Below are positions 36,101 to 48,569 of a DNA stretch of 64,000 bases, in pieces (within the stretch, counting starts at the first letter, position 1; every line of letters begins with the position of its first letter). A model generated the notes under the pieces. The model was not told the origin of the DNA. It did not search any database and was given only the letters and a program-made list of their open reading frames with translations. The DNA is taken from contig CM075995.1 in the NCBI GenBank assembly GCA_038087875.1, positions 5,954,001 through 6,018,000 of the forward strand. The letters are read 5' to 3'. This stretch comes from Malacoraja senta. Taxonomy: Eukaryota. The translations under genes and the position numbers were made by a program.

Positions 36101-36163
36101 CCAATGGTGGCTACACAGGCTCTCATATAGGCACATGATAATCACGTGTAGGCAGAGAAGATT

Positions 36164-36957
36164 ATAGTGTCATACAGTGATACAATGTCGAAACAGGCCC
36201 TTCGGCTCAACTTGCCCACACTGGCCAACATGTCCCAGCTACACTAGTCGTACCTACCTGTGTTTGGTCCATATCCCTCCAATCCTGTCCTATCAATGTA
36301 CCTGTCTAAATGTTTCTTAAATGTTGGGATGGTCCCTGCCTGCACTACCACCTCTGGCAGCTTGTTCCATAAACCCACCACCCTTTGTGTGAAAAAGGTT
36401 ACTACTCAGATTCCTATTAAATCTTTTCCCCTTCACCGTAAACCTATGTCCTCTGGTCCTCGATTCGCCTACTCTGGGCAAGCGATTCTGTGCATCTACC
36501 CGATCTATTCCTCTCATGATTTTATACACCTTTATAAGATCACCCCACATCCTTCTGCGCTCCAAGAAATAGAATCCCAGCCTACTCAACCACTCCCTAT
36601 AGCACAGACCCTCTAGTCCTGCCTACATCCTTGTAAATCTTCTCTGTACCCTTTCCAGCTTGACAATATATTTCCTATAACACGGTGCCCAGAACTGAAC
36701 ATTATACTCTAAATGAAGCCTCACCAACGTCTTTTACAACTACAACATGACCTCCCAATTTCTATATTCAATACTCTGATTGATGAAGGCCAATGTGCCA
36801 AAAGTATTTTTGACCACCCTATCTACCTGTGACTCCACCTTCAAGAAACCATGCACCTGTACTCCTAGATTCCTCTGCTCTACAACACTCCCCAGAGCCC
36901 TACCATTCACTGTGTAGGTCCTGCCCATGTTAGACCTCCCAAAATGCAGCATCTCAC
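36164..36957 (-). mobile_element. CR1 3' fragment
   Basis: LHFGRSN...LKVESQVDRVVK and LERRRMWGDLIKVYKIMRG. Confidence 0.88.
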
Positions 36958-36969
36958 TGCAACATTAGT

Positions 36970-38755
36970 GATAGAAACATAGAAAATAGGTGCAGGAGTA
37001 GGCCATTTGGCCCTTCGAGCCTGCACCGCCATTCAATATGATCATGGCTGATCATCCAACTCAGTATCCCGTACCTGCCTTCTCTCCATACCCCCTGATC
37101 CCTTTAGCCACAAGGGCCACATCTAACTCCCTCTTAAATATAGCCAATGAACTGGCCTCAACTACCCTCTGTGGCAGAGAGTTCCAGAGATTCACCACTC
37201 TCTGTGTGAAAAGGTTTTTCCTCATCTCGGTCTTAAAGGATTTCCCCCTTATCCTTCAGCTGTGACCCCTTGTCCTGGACTTCCCCAACATCGGGAACAA
37301 TCTTCCTGCATCTAGCCTGTCCAACCCCATAAGAATTTTGTACGTTTCTATAAGATCCCCTCTCAATCTCCTAAATTCTAGCGAGTATAAGCCAAGTCTA
37401 TCCAGTCTTTCTTCATATGAAAGTCCTGACATCCCAGGAATCAGTCTGGTGAACCTTGTCTGCACTCCCTCTATGGCTATAATGTCCTTCCTCAGATTTG
37501 GAGACCAAAACTGTACGCAATACTCCAGGTGTGGTCTCACCAAGACCCTGTACAACTGCAGTAGAACCTCCCTGCTCCTATACTCAAATCCTCTTGCTAT
37601 GAAGGCCAACATACCATTCGCTTTCCTCACTGCCTGCTGCACCTGCATGCCTACTTTCAATGACTGGTGTACCATGACACCCAGGTCTCGCTGCATCTCC
37701 CCATTTCCTAATCGGCCACCATTTAGATAATAGTCTGCCTTCTCGTTTTTGCCACCAAAGTGGATAACCTCACATTTATCCACATTATACTGCATCTGCC
37801 AAACATTTGCCCACTCACCCAGCCTATCCAAGTCACCTTGCAGTCTCCTAGCATCCTCCTCACAGCTAACACTGCCCCCCAGCTTAGTGTCATCCGCAAA
37901 CCTGGAGATGTTGCTTTCAATTCCCTCGTCCAGATCATTAATATAAATTGTAAATAGCTGGGGTCCCAGCACTGAGCCTTGCGGTACCCCACTAGTCACT
38001 GCCTGCCATTGTGAAAAGGACCCGTTTACTCCTACTCTTTGCTTCCTGTTTGCCAGCCAGTTCTCTATCCACATCAATACTGAACCCCCAATACCGTGTG
38101 ATTTAAGTTTGTATCCTAATCTCTTATGTGGTACCTTGTCGAAAGCCTTCTGAAAGTCCAGATACAACACATCCACTGGTTCTCCCCTATCCACTCTACT
38201 AGTTACATCCTCGAAAAATTCTATAAGAGTCGTCAGACACGATTTACCTTTCGTAAATCCATGCTGACTTTGTCCAATGATTTCACCACTTTCCAAATGT
38301 GCTGCTATCCCATCTTTAATAACTGATTCTAGCAGTTTCCCCACTACCGATGTTAGACTAACTGGTCTGTAATTCCCCGTTTTCTCTCTCCCTCCCTTCT
38401 TAAAAAGTGGGGTTACGTTTGCTACCCTCCAATCCTCAGGAACTACTCCAGAATCTAAAGAGTTTTGAAAAATTATCATTAATGCATCCACTATTTCTGG
38501 AGCTACTTCCTTAAGTACTCTGGGATGCAGCCTATCTGGCCCTGGTGATTTATCGGCCTTTAATCCATTCAATTTACCCAACACCACTTCCCGACTAACC
38601 TGGATTTCACTCAGTTCCTCCATCTCCTTTGACCCGCGGCCCCCTGCTATTTCCGGCAGATTATTTATGTCTTCCTTAGTGAAGACGGAACCAAAGTAGT
38701 TATTCAATTGGTCCGCCATATCCTTGTTCCCCATGATCATTTCACCTGTTTCTGA
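36970..38755 (-). mobile_element. Young 5'-truncated CR1/HER1 LINE with a 12-bp flanking duplication
   Basis: 494-aa open RT ORF at 37256-38740. TGCAACATTAGT occurs at 36958-36969 and 38756-38767. Confidence 0.95.
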
Positions 38756-38988
38756 TGCAACATTAGTTTAACTTGGCATTGTTGTTTGTAACAGATAATG
38801 TGGTTTGAAAGGCTTGCTGCTGTGCACTACTATGTTCTATGTTCCCGCAGCAAAATGAGCACTGTTACGGGCTCTCAATCTGCCGTTGGAGACGAGTCCT
38901 CCAAAGAATTCCCCATTCAATGGCGCCATCCCGATCATTCATTGAGTTTAATTTTAAACTACTTTGCTGTCTGTACCCACCTGGTAAA

Positions 38989-39227
38989 TGTGTAGGAAAG
39001 AACTTCAGATGCTTGTTTAAATCAAAGGTTGACACAAAATGCTGGAGTAACTTAGCGGGACAGGCAGCATCTCTGGAGAGAAGGAATAGATGACGTTTCA
39101 GGTCGAGACCCTTCCTTAATTTGCTGATGGGGTTGAAGGTGAGGACAAGGGGAAGAAGGGTCTCAACCCAAAACTTCACCCATTCCTTCTCTCCAGAGAT
39201 GCTGCCTGTCCTGCTGATTTTGTGTCT
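38989..39227. mobile_element. Hammerhead-motif element with inverted arms and an imperfect 14-bp TSD
   Basis: ACCCACCTGGTAAA (38975-38988) versus ACCCTCATGGTAAA (39228-39241). Confidence 0.75.
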
Positions 39228-40271
39228 ACCCTCATGGTAAAGCATCATATAGCCAATATGCTGATGATAAAGGTATGGCTTTCGCTTTCTAGATTTTTTT
39301 TTTTTTTTTTTAAACATATTGCTCTTTGGAACGAGTAATTGAATCTGTCTGGTGACATCACAAAGCATGCTCTCTTTTGAAAGGCAAAGGTCATCTTGAC
39401 ATTGGACCTTGATTTAGTTTTAACTGCCATGCAAATATTTAAAAAAGGCAAATAGCCGCAGTACTACAATGTAGAATTGTTTTTTTTTTTTTTTAAGTTT
39501 GTTTAGTAAAGCTGCGGGCTCTAAAATTCATTACTTAAATCCAAGATTTTTTTCAATTATGATTCATGAATTCTTTCCGAGCTAACAATGGCAGGGTTTG
39601 GTGCTTTTGTTAATTTTCTTCAACAGATGATTCATATAATAATAATAATCATATCTTTTATTGTCATTGAACATATGTGCAATGAGATTTGGTATGCAGC
39701 TTCCATCCGATGTCATAACTTAAACAACTAATAACATTTAGATTTAGATACCCCAAAAAACATGATTTATAAAAAGAACAGTAAAACAGTCAAAACAGTC
39801 TAAAGTGCAAATGTGTCTGTGCGACGTGACCATCCGAGGGAGACAGTTCATGGGGGTGGGGGGCACTCAGCAGGGCCGGTTCAGAGCAGCTATAGCTCTG
39901 GGGATGAAGCTGTTACTGAGTCTGGAGGTGCGGGCATAGAAGGCCTTGTAACGTCTGCCGGAAGGTAGGAGTTCGAACAGTCCATTACAAGGGTGTGAGG
40001 AGTATTTGTGGATGCTGACGGCCTTCCTGAGGCACCGTGTGTAGTAGATGCCCTCCAAGGCTGGTAGCTGTGTCCCAATAATCTTCTGCGCTCTGTGGAC
40101 GACGCGCTGAAGAGCTCTCCTCTCCGCCTCCGTGCAGCTGAGATACCACACAGAGATGCCATACGTTAGTATGCTCTCTGTGGTGCAGCGGTAGAAGGTT
40201 GTCAGCAGCTGTTGGGGCAGACCAGTCTTTTTCAATGTTCTCAGGAAGAACAGTCGTTGCTGTGCCTTCTT

Positions 40272-41231
40272 AGAAGAATAGAATAGAATGCTATTGTCAT
40301 TCAAACCTAGGCTTGAACGAAATATCATTACTACAGTTTTTTTTTACATTACAAAAAAAACCAAGACCCACACTTAACACAGTTTACATAAACATCCATC
40401 ACAGTGAGTCTCCAACACCTCCTCACTGTGATGGAAGGCAAAGTCTTATCTCTTCCCTGTATTCTTCACCCGCGGTCCAGCAGTCCAACTGCAGCGTCTA
40501 GGCGAACTGGGGCTCCGGTGTTAAAGCCCCCGGCGGACGATGGTAAGTCCTGTGGCCATTTAGCCACGCCGGGCGATGCCAGGCCCCGGCTCCGTGTCCT
40601 TCAAACCCTGCGGTTCAAGCAGTCCAACCCGCAGTCCAACTGCAGCGTCTAGGCGAACTGGGGCTCCGATGTTAGAGCCCCCGGCAGACGATGGTAAGTC
40701 CCGTGGCCGCCAACCCGCGCGGGGCGATGTTAGGCCTTGCTCCGTGTCCTCCAAACCTCGCGATTCCAGCAGGAGAAGTTGCCGTTGCGGGAGCTCCGAA
40801 AAGCCGTCTCCCACCAGGGACCTGGAGCTCCCGATGTTCCTGTCCACCGGGCCCGCAGCCGGAGCTTCCGAAACTCTAAAGTCGGGTCGCAGCCGAGCGC
40901 CACCACAGCCCTCCCCGCTCCAAAGCTGGCCAGCTCCGCGATGTCAGGTCCCAGGCTCCGCGACTGGAGCCCTCAGGTCGGTCCCGGCCGGAGGCTGCCG
41001 CCGGCTCCGCAATGTTAGGCCCAACGACATCGGAGATCCGACAGGGAAAAAGTCAGGTCCCCATACAGGGAAGAGATTAACGGTTTCCCCAACACCCCCC
41101 CCCCCTCCACCCCCCACATATACACAGCTAAAAAATAATAAAAACTAAGCTCAAGACATACATTTAACAAGACACAAATTTAAAAAAAAGACGGACGACT
41201 GTAGTTGAGCCGCTGCCGTTAGGCGCCGCCA
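40272..41231 (-). mobile_element. Non-coding retroelement with Rex-like 5' and 3' ends (non-autonomous)
   Basis: Minus strand starts (aag)tggcggcgc and ends gaatgacaata-(ATTCT)n. The core is GC-rich with an internal duplication. A related 3' part occurs at 49241-49493. Confidence 0.65.
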
Positions 41232-41407
41232 CTTGACCAGCGCAGCGGTGTTGGTGGACCATGTGAGGTCCTCTGAGATGTGTGTGCCCAGAAACCTAAA
41301 GCTGGACACTCTCTCCACACTGTCCCCATAGATGGAGATTGGGGCGTATTCCCCATTATGTGTCCTCCTGAAGTCGATAATCAGCTCCTTGGTCTTGGAG
41401 GTGTTTA

Positions 41408-41942
41408 ACCATATAACCATATAACAATTACAGCACGGAAACAGGCCTTCTCGTCCCTTCTAGTCCGTGCCGAACACGTATTCTCCCCTAGTCCCATATA
41501 CCTGCGCTCAGACCATAACCCTCCATTCCTTTCCCGTCCATATAACTATCCAATTTATTTTTAAATGATAAAAACGAACCTGCCTCCACCACCTTCACTG
41601 GAAGCTCATTCCACACAGCCACGACTCTCTGAGTAAAGAAGTTCCCCCTCGTGTTACCCCACTGAACCTCTGTCCCTTAATTCTCAAGTCATGTCCCCTT
41701 GTTTGAATCTTCCCTACTCTCAGTGGGAAAAGCTTATCCACGTCAACTCTCTATCCCTCTCATCATTTTAAAGACCTCTATCAAGTCCCCCCTTAACCTT
41801 CTGCGCTCCAAAGAATAAAGCCCTAACTTGTTCAACCTTTCTCTGTAACTTAGTTGCTGAAACCCAGGCAACATTCTAGTAAATCTCCTCTGTACTCTCT
41901 CTATTTTGTTGACATCCTTCCTATAATTAGGCGACCAAAATT
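41408..41942 (-). mobile_element. CR1 3' fragment ((ATATGGTT)n-tail subfamily)
   Basis: QFWSPNYRKDVNKIERVQRRFTRMLPG, near-identical to the copies at 43190 and 60951. Confidence 0.9.
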
Positions 41943-42596
41943 GGGACAAGTTGTTACGTGAGCACCAGTCCGCCAGGTTCTGCACCTCCGCTCTAGTTTG
42001 TTTCATCACCGTTGGTGATCAGCCCGATCACCGTTGTGTAGTCTGCAAACTTGACGATGGTGTTGGTGTCGAATGCAGGAACACAGTCGTGTGTGAAGAG
42101 GGAGTAGAGCATGGGGCTCAGTACACAGCCCTGTGGTGTGCCGGTGCTCAGGGTGATAGTGGAGGACAGGTGCGGGCCCAGTCTCACTGCCTGCGGTCGC
42201 TCCGTCAGAAATTTCAGGATCCAGTCGCATATCGGCGAGCTGAGGCCTAGCTGGTGGAGATTGGTGGTGAGCTTGGTCATATGCTCATAGTTCAGGATTT
42301 GAACAGATTCTGTTCCTTTTTGCAGCCTCATTTCATATCTTTGTCATTGCACTACTAAACTCTGTGTCTCTGGGCACTAGCCAACTTGGCAAAAATATCT
42401 CCCACAACAATTTCAAGTAACCTACACCCCTGGTATTCTCCCACACGCACTCACCTGTCCACCTAGTTTTTCCTCCCTTTGTACAACTCTCCCACCCCAC
42501 CTCCCTCCACCCAACTCCATCTGCCCATCATCTCCAAGTCAGTTTCCATCTATCACCTTTCAGCTGCCGTCTATCCACACCTACACACCCCATATA

Positions 42597-45500
42597 CAGT
42601 GGCTTGCAAAAGTTTTCATACCCCTTGAACTTTTCCACATTTTGTCACGTTACAACCACGAACGTAAATGTATTTTATTGGGATTTTATGTGATAGACCA
42701 ACACAAAGTGGTGCATAATTGTGAAGTGCAAGGAAAATGATACATGGTTTTCAAATTTTTTTACAAATAAAAAACTGAAAAGTGTCGCGTGCAAAAGTAT
42801 TCAGCCCCCCTGAGTCAATACTTTGTAGAACCACCTTTCGCTGCAATTACAGCTGCAAGTCTTTTGGGGTATGTCTCTACCAGCTTTGCACATCTAGAGA
42901 CTGAAATTTTTGCCCATTCTTCTTTGCAAAATAGCTCAAGCTCAGTCAGATTGGATGGAGAGCGTTTGTGAACAGCAATTTTCAAGTCTTGCCAGAGATT
43001 CTCAATTGGATTTAGGTCTGGACTTTGACTGGGCCATTCTAACACATGAATATGCTTTGATCTAAACTATTCCATTGTAGCTCTGGCTGTATGTTTAGGG
43101 TCGTTGTCCTGCTGGAAGGTGAACCTCCGCCCCAGTCTCAAGTCTTTTGCAGACTCTAACAGGTTTTCTTCCAAGATTGCCCTGTATTTATCCAGGTCCT
43201 GACAGGATATTCTCGAGGACATTGAGGGAAGTTAGTGTAGAAATAGCAGGGGCTATGACAGAAATATTTCAAATGTCATTAGAAACGGGAATAGTGCTGG
43301 AGGATTGGCGTACTGCGCAGGTTCTTCCGTTGTTTAAAAAGGGTTCAAAGAGTAAACCTAGCAATTATAGACCTGTTAGTTTGACGTCAGTGGTGGGCAA
43401 ATTAATGGAAAGGATACTTAAAGATAATATATATAAGCATCTGGATAAGCTGGGTCTGATTAGGAACAGTCAACATGGATTTGTGCCTGGAAGGTCATGT
43501 TTGACTAATCTAGAATTTTTCAAAGAGGTTACTAGGGAAATTGATGAGGGTAAAGCAGTGGATGTTGTCTATATGGACTTCAGTAAGGCCTTTGACAAGG
43601 TTCCTCATGTAAGGTTGGTTAAGAAGATTAAATTGTTGGGTATTAATGGTGGAGTAGGAAGATGGATTCAACAGTGGCTGAATGGGAGATGGCAGAGAGT
43701 AATGGTGGATGGCTGTTTGTCAGGTTGGAGGCCGGTGACTAGTGGGGTGCCTCAGGGGTCTGTGTTGGGTCCACTGTTGTTTGTCATGTACATCAATGAT
43801 CTGGATGATGATGTGGAAAATTGGATTAGTAAGTATGCAGATGATACTAAGATAGGTGGTGTGGTGGATAATGAAGAAGATTTTCAAAGTCTACAGAGAG
43901 ATTTAGGCCATTTGGAAGAGTGGGCTGAAAGATGGCAGATGGAGTTTAATGCTGATAAATGTGAGGTACTACATCTCGGCAGGACAAATCAAAATAGGAC
44001 GTACATGGTAAATGGTAGAGAATTGAGGAATGCAGTTGAACAGAGGGATCTAGGAATAACGGTGCATAGTTCCCTGAAGGTGGAATCTCATGTAGATAGG
44101 GTGGTAAAGAAAGCTTTTGGGGTGCTGGCCTTTATAAATCAGAGCATTGTAATTGGATGTAATGTTAAAATTGTACAAGGCATTGGTGAGGCCAATTCTG
44201 GAGTATGGAGTACAATTTTGGTCGCCTAATTATAGGAAGGATGTCAACAAAATAGAGAGAGTACAGAGGAGATTTACTAGAATGTTGCCTGGGTTTCAGC
44301 AACTAAGTTACAGAGAAAGGTTGAACAAGTTAGGTCTTTATTCTTTGGAGCGCAGAATGTTAAGAGGGGACTTGATAGACGTCTTTAAAATTATGAGCGG
44401 GTTAGACAGAGTTGACGTGGATAAGCTTTTTCCATTGAGAGTAGGAAAGATTCAAACAAGGGGACATGACTTGAGAATTAAGGGACAGAAGTTTAGGGGT
44501 AACATTAGGGGGAACTTCTTTACTCGGAGAGTGGTAGCTGTGTGGAATGAGCTTCCAGTGGAAGTGGTGGAGGCTGGTTCGATTTTATCCTTTAAAAATA
44601 GATTGGATGGGTATATGGACGGGAAAGGAATGGAGGGTTATGGCCTGAGTGCAGGTAGATGGGACTAGGGGGAAGTATTTATTTATAAAAAAATAAAAAA
44701 TAAAAATTTAAAAAAAAATGTTCGGCACGGACTTGAAGGGCCGAGATGGCCTGTTTCCGTGCTGTAATGGTTATATGGTTATTTGGCTCCATCCATCTTC
44801 CCATCAACTCTGACCAGCTTCCCTGTCCCTGCTGAAGAAAAGCATCCCCACAGCATGATGCTGCCACCACCATGTTTCACAGTGGGGATGGTGTGTTCAG
44901 GGTGATGTGCAGTGTTAGGTTTCCGCCACACATAGCGTTTTGCATTTAGGCCAAAAACTTCAATTTTGGTCTCATCTGACCAGAGCACCTTCCTCCACAT
45001 GTTTGCTGTGTCCCCCACATGGCTTGTGGCAAACTGCAAACGGGACTTCTTATGGCTTTTTTTCAACAATGGCTTTCTTCTTGGCACTCTTCCATAAAGG
45101 CCCGATTTGTGGAGTGCACGACTAATAGTTGTCCTGTGGACAGATTCTCCCACCTGAGCTATGGATCTCTGCAGCTCCTCCAGAGTTACCATGGGCCTCT
45201 TGGCTGCTTCTCTGATCAATGCTCTCCTTGCCCGGCCTGTCAGTTTAGGTGGACGGCCATGTCTTGGTAGGTTTGCAGTTGTGCCATACTCTTTCCATTT
45301 TCGGATGATGGATTGAACAGTGCTCCGTGAGATGTTCAAAGCTTGGGATATTTTTTTATAACCTAACCCTTCTTTAAACTTCTCCACAACTTTATCCCTG
45401 ACCTGTCTGGTGTGTTCCTTGGGCTTCATGATGCTGTTTGTTCACTAATGTTCTCTAACAAACCTATGAGGCCTTCACAGAACAGCTGTATTTATACTGT

Positions 45501-45808
45501 GATTAGATTACACACAAGTGGACTCTATTTACTAATTAGGTGACTTCTGAAGGCAATTGGTTGCACAGGATTTTATTTAGGGGTATCAGAGTGAAGGGGG
45601 CTGAATACTTTTGCACGCGACACTTTTCAATTTTTTATTTGTAAAAAAATTTGAAAACCATGTATCATTTTCCTTCCACTTCACAATTATGCGCCACTTG
45701 GTGTTGGTCTATCACATAAAATCCCAATAAAATACATTTACGTTTGTGGTTGTAACGTGACAAAATGTGGAAAAGTTCAAGGGGTATGAATACTTTTGCA
45801 AGCCACTG
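42597..45808 (-). mobile_element. Tc1/mariner DD34E transposon, Passport-like, complete but interrupted by CR1
   Basis: TA-CAGTGGCTTGCAAAAG...CTTTTGCAAGCCACTG-TA with TIRs of about 210 bp. The transposase spans about 45429-44780 plus 43184-42815, with WSDETK, QQDND and SPDLNPIE, and has one TAG stop near 43067. Confidence 0.96.
43190..44779 (+). mobile_element. CR1 LINE (5' truncated) inserted in the Tc1 transposase, 5-bp TSD
   Basis: RT ORFs at 43147-44229 and 44153-44668 (KYADD). TATTT occurs at 43185-43189 and 44780-44784. Confidence 0.95.
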
Positions 45809-45847
45809 TAGCTATATACTGGCAATCATTCTTCTTCCCTCAGAACT

Positions 45848-46245
45848 CTGTCTGTACGGAATTTGTACGTTCTCCCCATGACGGCATGGGTTTTTTCCAG
45901 GTGCTCCGGTTTCCAAAGATGTACAGGTTTGTAGGTTAATGGATTTCGATAAAGATTGTAAATTGTTCGTAGACAAAAGTACTGGAGAAACTCAGCAGGT
46001 GCGGCAGCATCTATGGAGCGAAGGAAATAGGCAACGTTTCGGGCTGAAACCCTTCTTCTCATTTCCTTCGCTCCATAGATGCTGCCGCACCCGCTGAGTT
46101 TTTCCAGCACTTTTGTCTACCATTGTAAATTGTTCCTAGTGTGTAGGATAGTGCTAATATTCAGGGATTGCTGGTCAGCGTGGACTCGGTGGGCCGAAGG
46201 GCCTGATTCCATGCTGCATCTCTAAACTAAACTAAAAAACTAAAC
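45848..46245 (+). mobile_element. HE1-type SINE (5' truncated) hosting an insertion
   Basis: tgtacggaatttgtacgttctcccc central domain and a (TAAAC)n tail. Confidence 0.8.
45969..46121. mobile_element. Fold-back hammerhead-motif element with a perfect 14-bp TSD
   Basis: ATTGTAAATTGTTC occurs at 45955-45968 and 46122-46135, and the arms are inverted copies. Confidence 0.88.
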
Positions 46246-48569
46246 TCATGCAGGGTCTTGACCCAAAACATCGACCATCCATTTGCCTCCACAGATACCG
46301 CTAGAATTTTGCTTGTATTCTGGCTTTTAATTCATCCCACCATTAAGTGGTTTAATTCCTTTCCCTTGATCATTTAGGGCTTGTGTTATGGCTGAGAATG
46401 CTGTAGTAAGTTGTGTATGCTATGCATGACTATATCTGCCATTGTAAAACCATTCACTTTGCTAATAATTTTGCATCCAATGTGACCTTCCCTGCAGAAA
46501 ATGAATAAGATTGCAAATGCCCAAATTTGTGGCGGTGGAGGTGGCCACAGGCAGATAAATCATAAATGGAATGGGATTGAGAATTATTAATAAGTCCCTT
46601 CCACCACCATCAAATTGTCCTTTTGAATGGTGCCTCCTTTATTTCCAGTGACTACCTCCGGATAAAAGGTTTCTCTCTCACATGGTCAATCTCTAAAACC
46701 TTTCTTAAATTCTCTATTGACAAAAATGGAGGTAACAACCCAGAGCCATTCAGAGTTCACGGGCTCCATTTTTACCTCGATTGCTCTTCACACCCAACCT
46801 TTCATTAAAGACTACATTCCATTCTCCCAGTTTCTCTGGTTATGTCATCGCTAGTAGTTAGGCCACTTTTTACACCAGTATTTCCAAAATGTCTTTTATC
46901 CCAACCACGATTTCTCCATCACTGTAGTTCCATCTCCAGCAATTCTGCTGCATCCTTCCTTCCCATAACAGTGGGATGGGACTTACTTGGTCTCACCTTC
47001 CACATCACCTGCTTCTGCATGCAATGAATCATCCTCTGCAATTTCTGGTATATGATGCTCACACCTGACTCACCTTTCCCTCCTCTTCCATTTCAGAGGG
47101 ACAATTTCCTCAGCTCTGGGCCATTCTTTCATTTCTTCTAATATCCATTCCATTTCTTGGGGCACATTCCCATTTTATGTCAGGATTGGTTATTAGCCGA
47201 AATGAAAGAATGAACATAGCAGAAGGAGTGACAACACCTGCCTCTTTTCCCCCTCCTTCCTGCTGTTAAAATGCTGGAACATACTTCTCCATTCAGTCAG
47301 AGACAACCAAGCTTCTGCTTTGGTTCTCTATCATATTCTCACTCCAACCTCTGCCTGTGTTCTAAAAAAGCTCTATTCCAGCGTTGAGTCTTCCACATTT
47401 GCAATTATTTTTGTTCTCATGCTGGAAATGTTATAGTTAATACATCTCCAACTACAGCCTCCTTGCCCACACCAAGGCAACGTTTGTTATTTACCTTACT
47501 TTATTGGCGTCTTTCAGCCAGCTCCAACAATCATTCAAACGCTCCTGTTTTCCCTTTCATTAATCTTTAGTTTTGATGTCTCCAATCCTCTGTTTGAAAG
47601 TAGACAAAAGTGCTGGAGAAACTCAGCGGATGCAGCATCATCTATGGAGCCCTTCCAGGGCTCGAAATTAGCGGTTGCCCGGGTGCCATTGACCACCCAA
47701 AGTGCCGCCGGGAAACCTAAACACCGAGTCATTTTGTCAGGCTTGGCAATCAAATACTCGTTTATACCGATAGCCACAAAAAACTGGAGTAACTCCGCGG
47801 GTCAGGCAGCATCTCTGGAGAATAGCGGCTGTGCGGGGGCGGCTGTCGGTTGCGGCTGTGCGGGGCAAAGGTACTAGGTGCGCGGAGACGAAGGGTCGGA
47901 GCGAATGATGGGCCCCGCACAGCGGCAGCAGCGGCTCCACCGCCTCCTCCTGCACCCCGCCCGGCGGAAGGAGGCCTCCCTCTCTCTCTCCCTCCCTCCC
48001 TCCTCCCGGCCTCGGCATGCGGGAGGGGTTGTTTTGAAAGCGCCGTTAGTGGATTTGCAAGCTGCCGCCGCTATCGCCCGGTTAACGGCCGGTCTGCAAA
48101 TCCGTTAACGGCGCTTTCAAAATAACCCCTCTCGCACGCCGAGGAGGGAGGGAGGGGGGAGGCCTCCTTCCACCATCTGAAGCAGCTGCACGACAGATCC
48201 TATAGCTATAGGACCTTTGAGCTGCACCGCTCGGCCCCGCACCTTCCTGTCGGCTGGCGGAGGAGGGGAGGCGGCGGCACTTTGGCGTTGGACAGGGACG
48301 GCCAAGGCAGCGGGCGATGTTGTCCGAGGAGTGCTGACCTTCCTTCCTCCCCACCTCCTCTGCCCTTTCCCCCCCCCCCTCTCTCTCTCTCTCTCTCTTG
48401 TACGCCCCCCTCCACCCCTCTTATCCTGGGACCCCTCCTCTCCATCACGCACTGACCCCCATTCTCTCCTCTATTCAATCCTCACTGACATCCCGTGCTC
48501 CCCTACCCATCTACCCCCCCCCCCCAATCTATTCATCACCCTACCCACCTCGCATTGATTCTCCTGCCA

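Larger units (their letters stand above)
39638..42280 (-). mobile_element. Rex1/Babar LINE 3' half, interrupted by two insertions (40272-41231 and 41408-41942)
   Basis: [10 protein letters not shown]...KFAD, LNTSKTKELIIDFRR and KAQQRLFFLRTL are colinear across the insertions. Confidence 0.9.
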
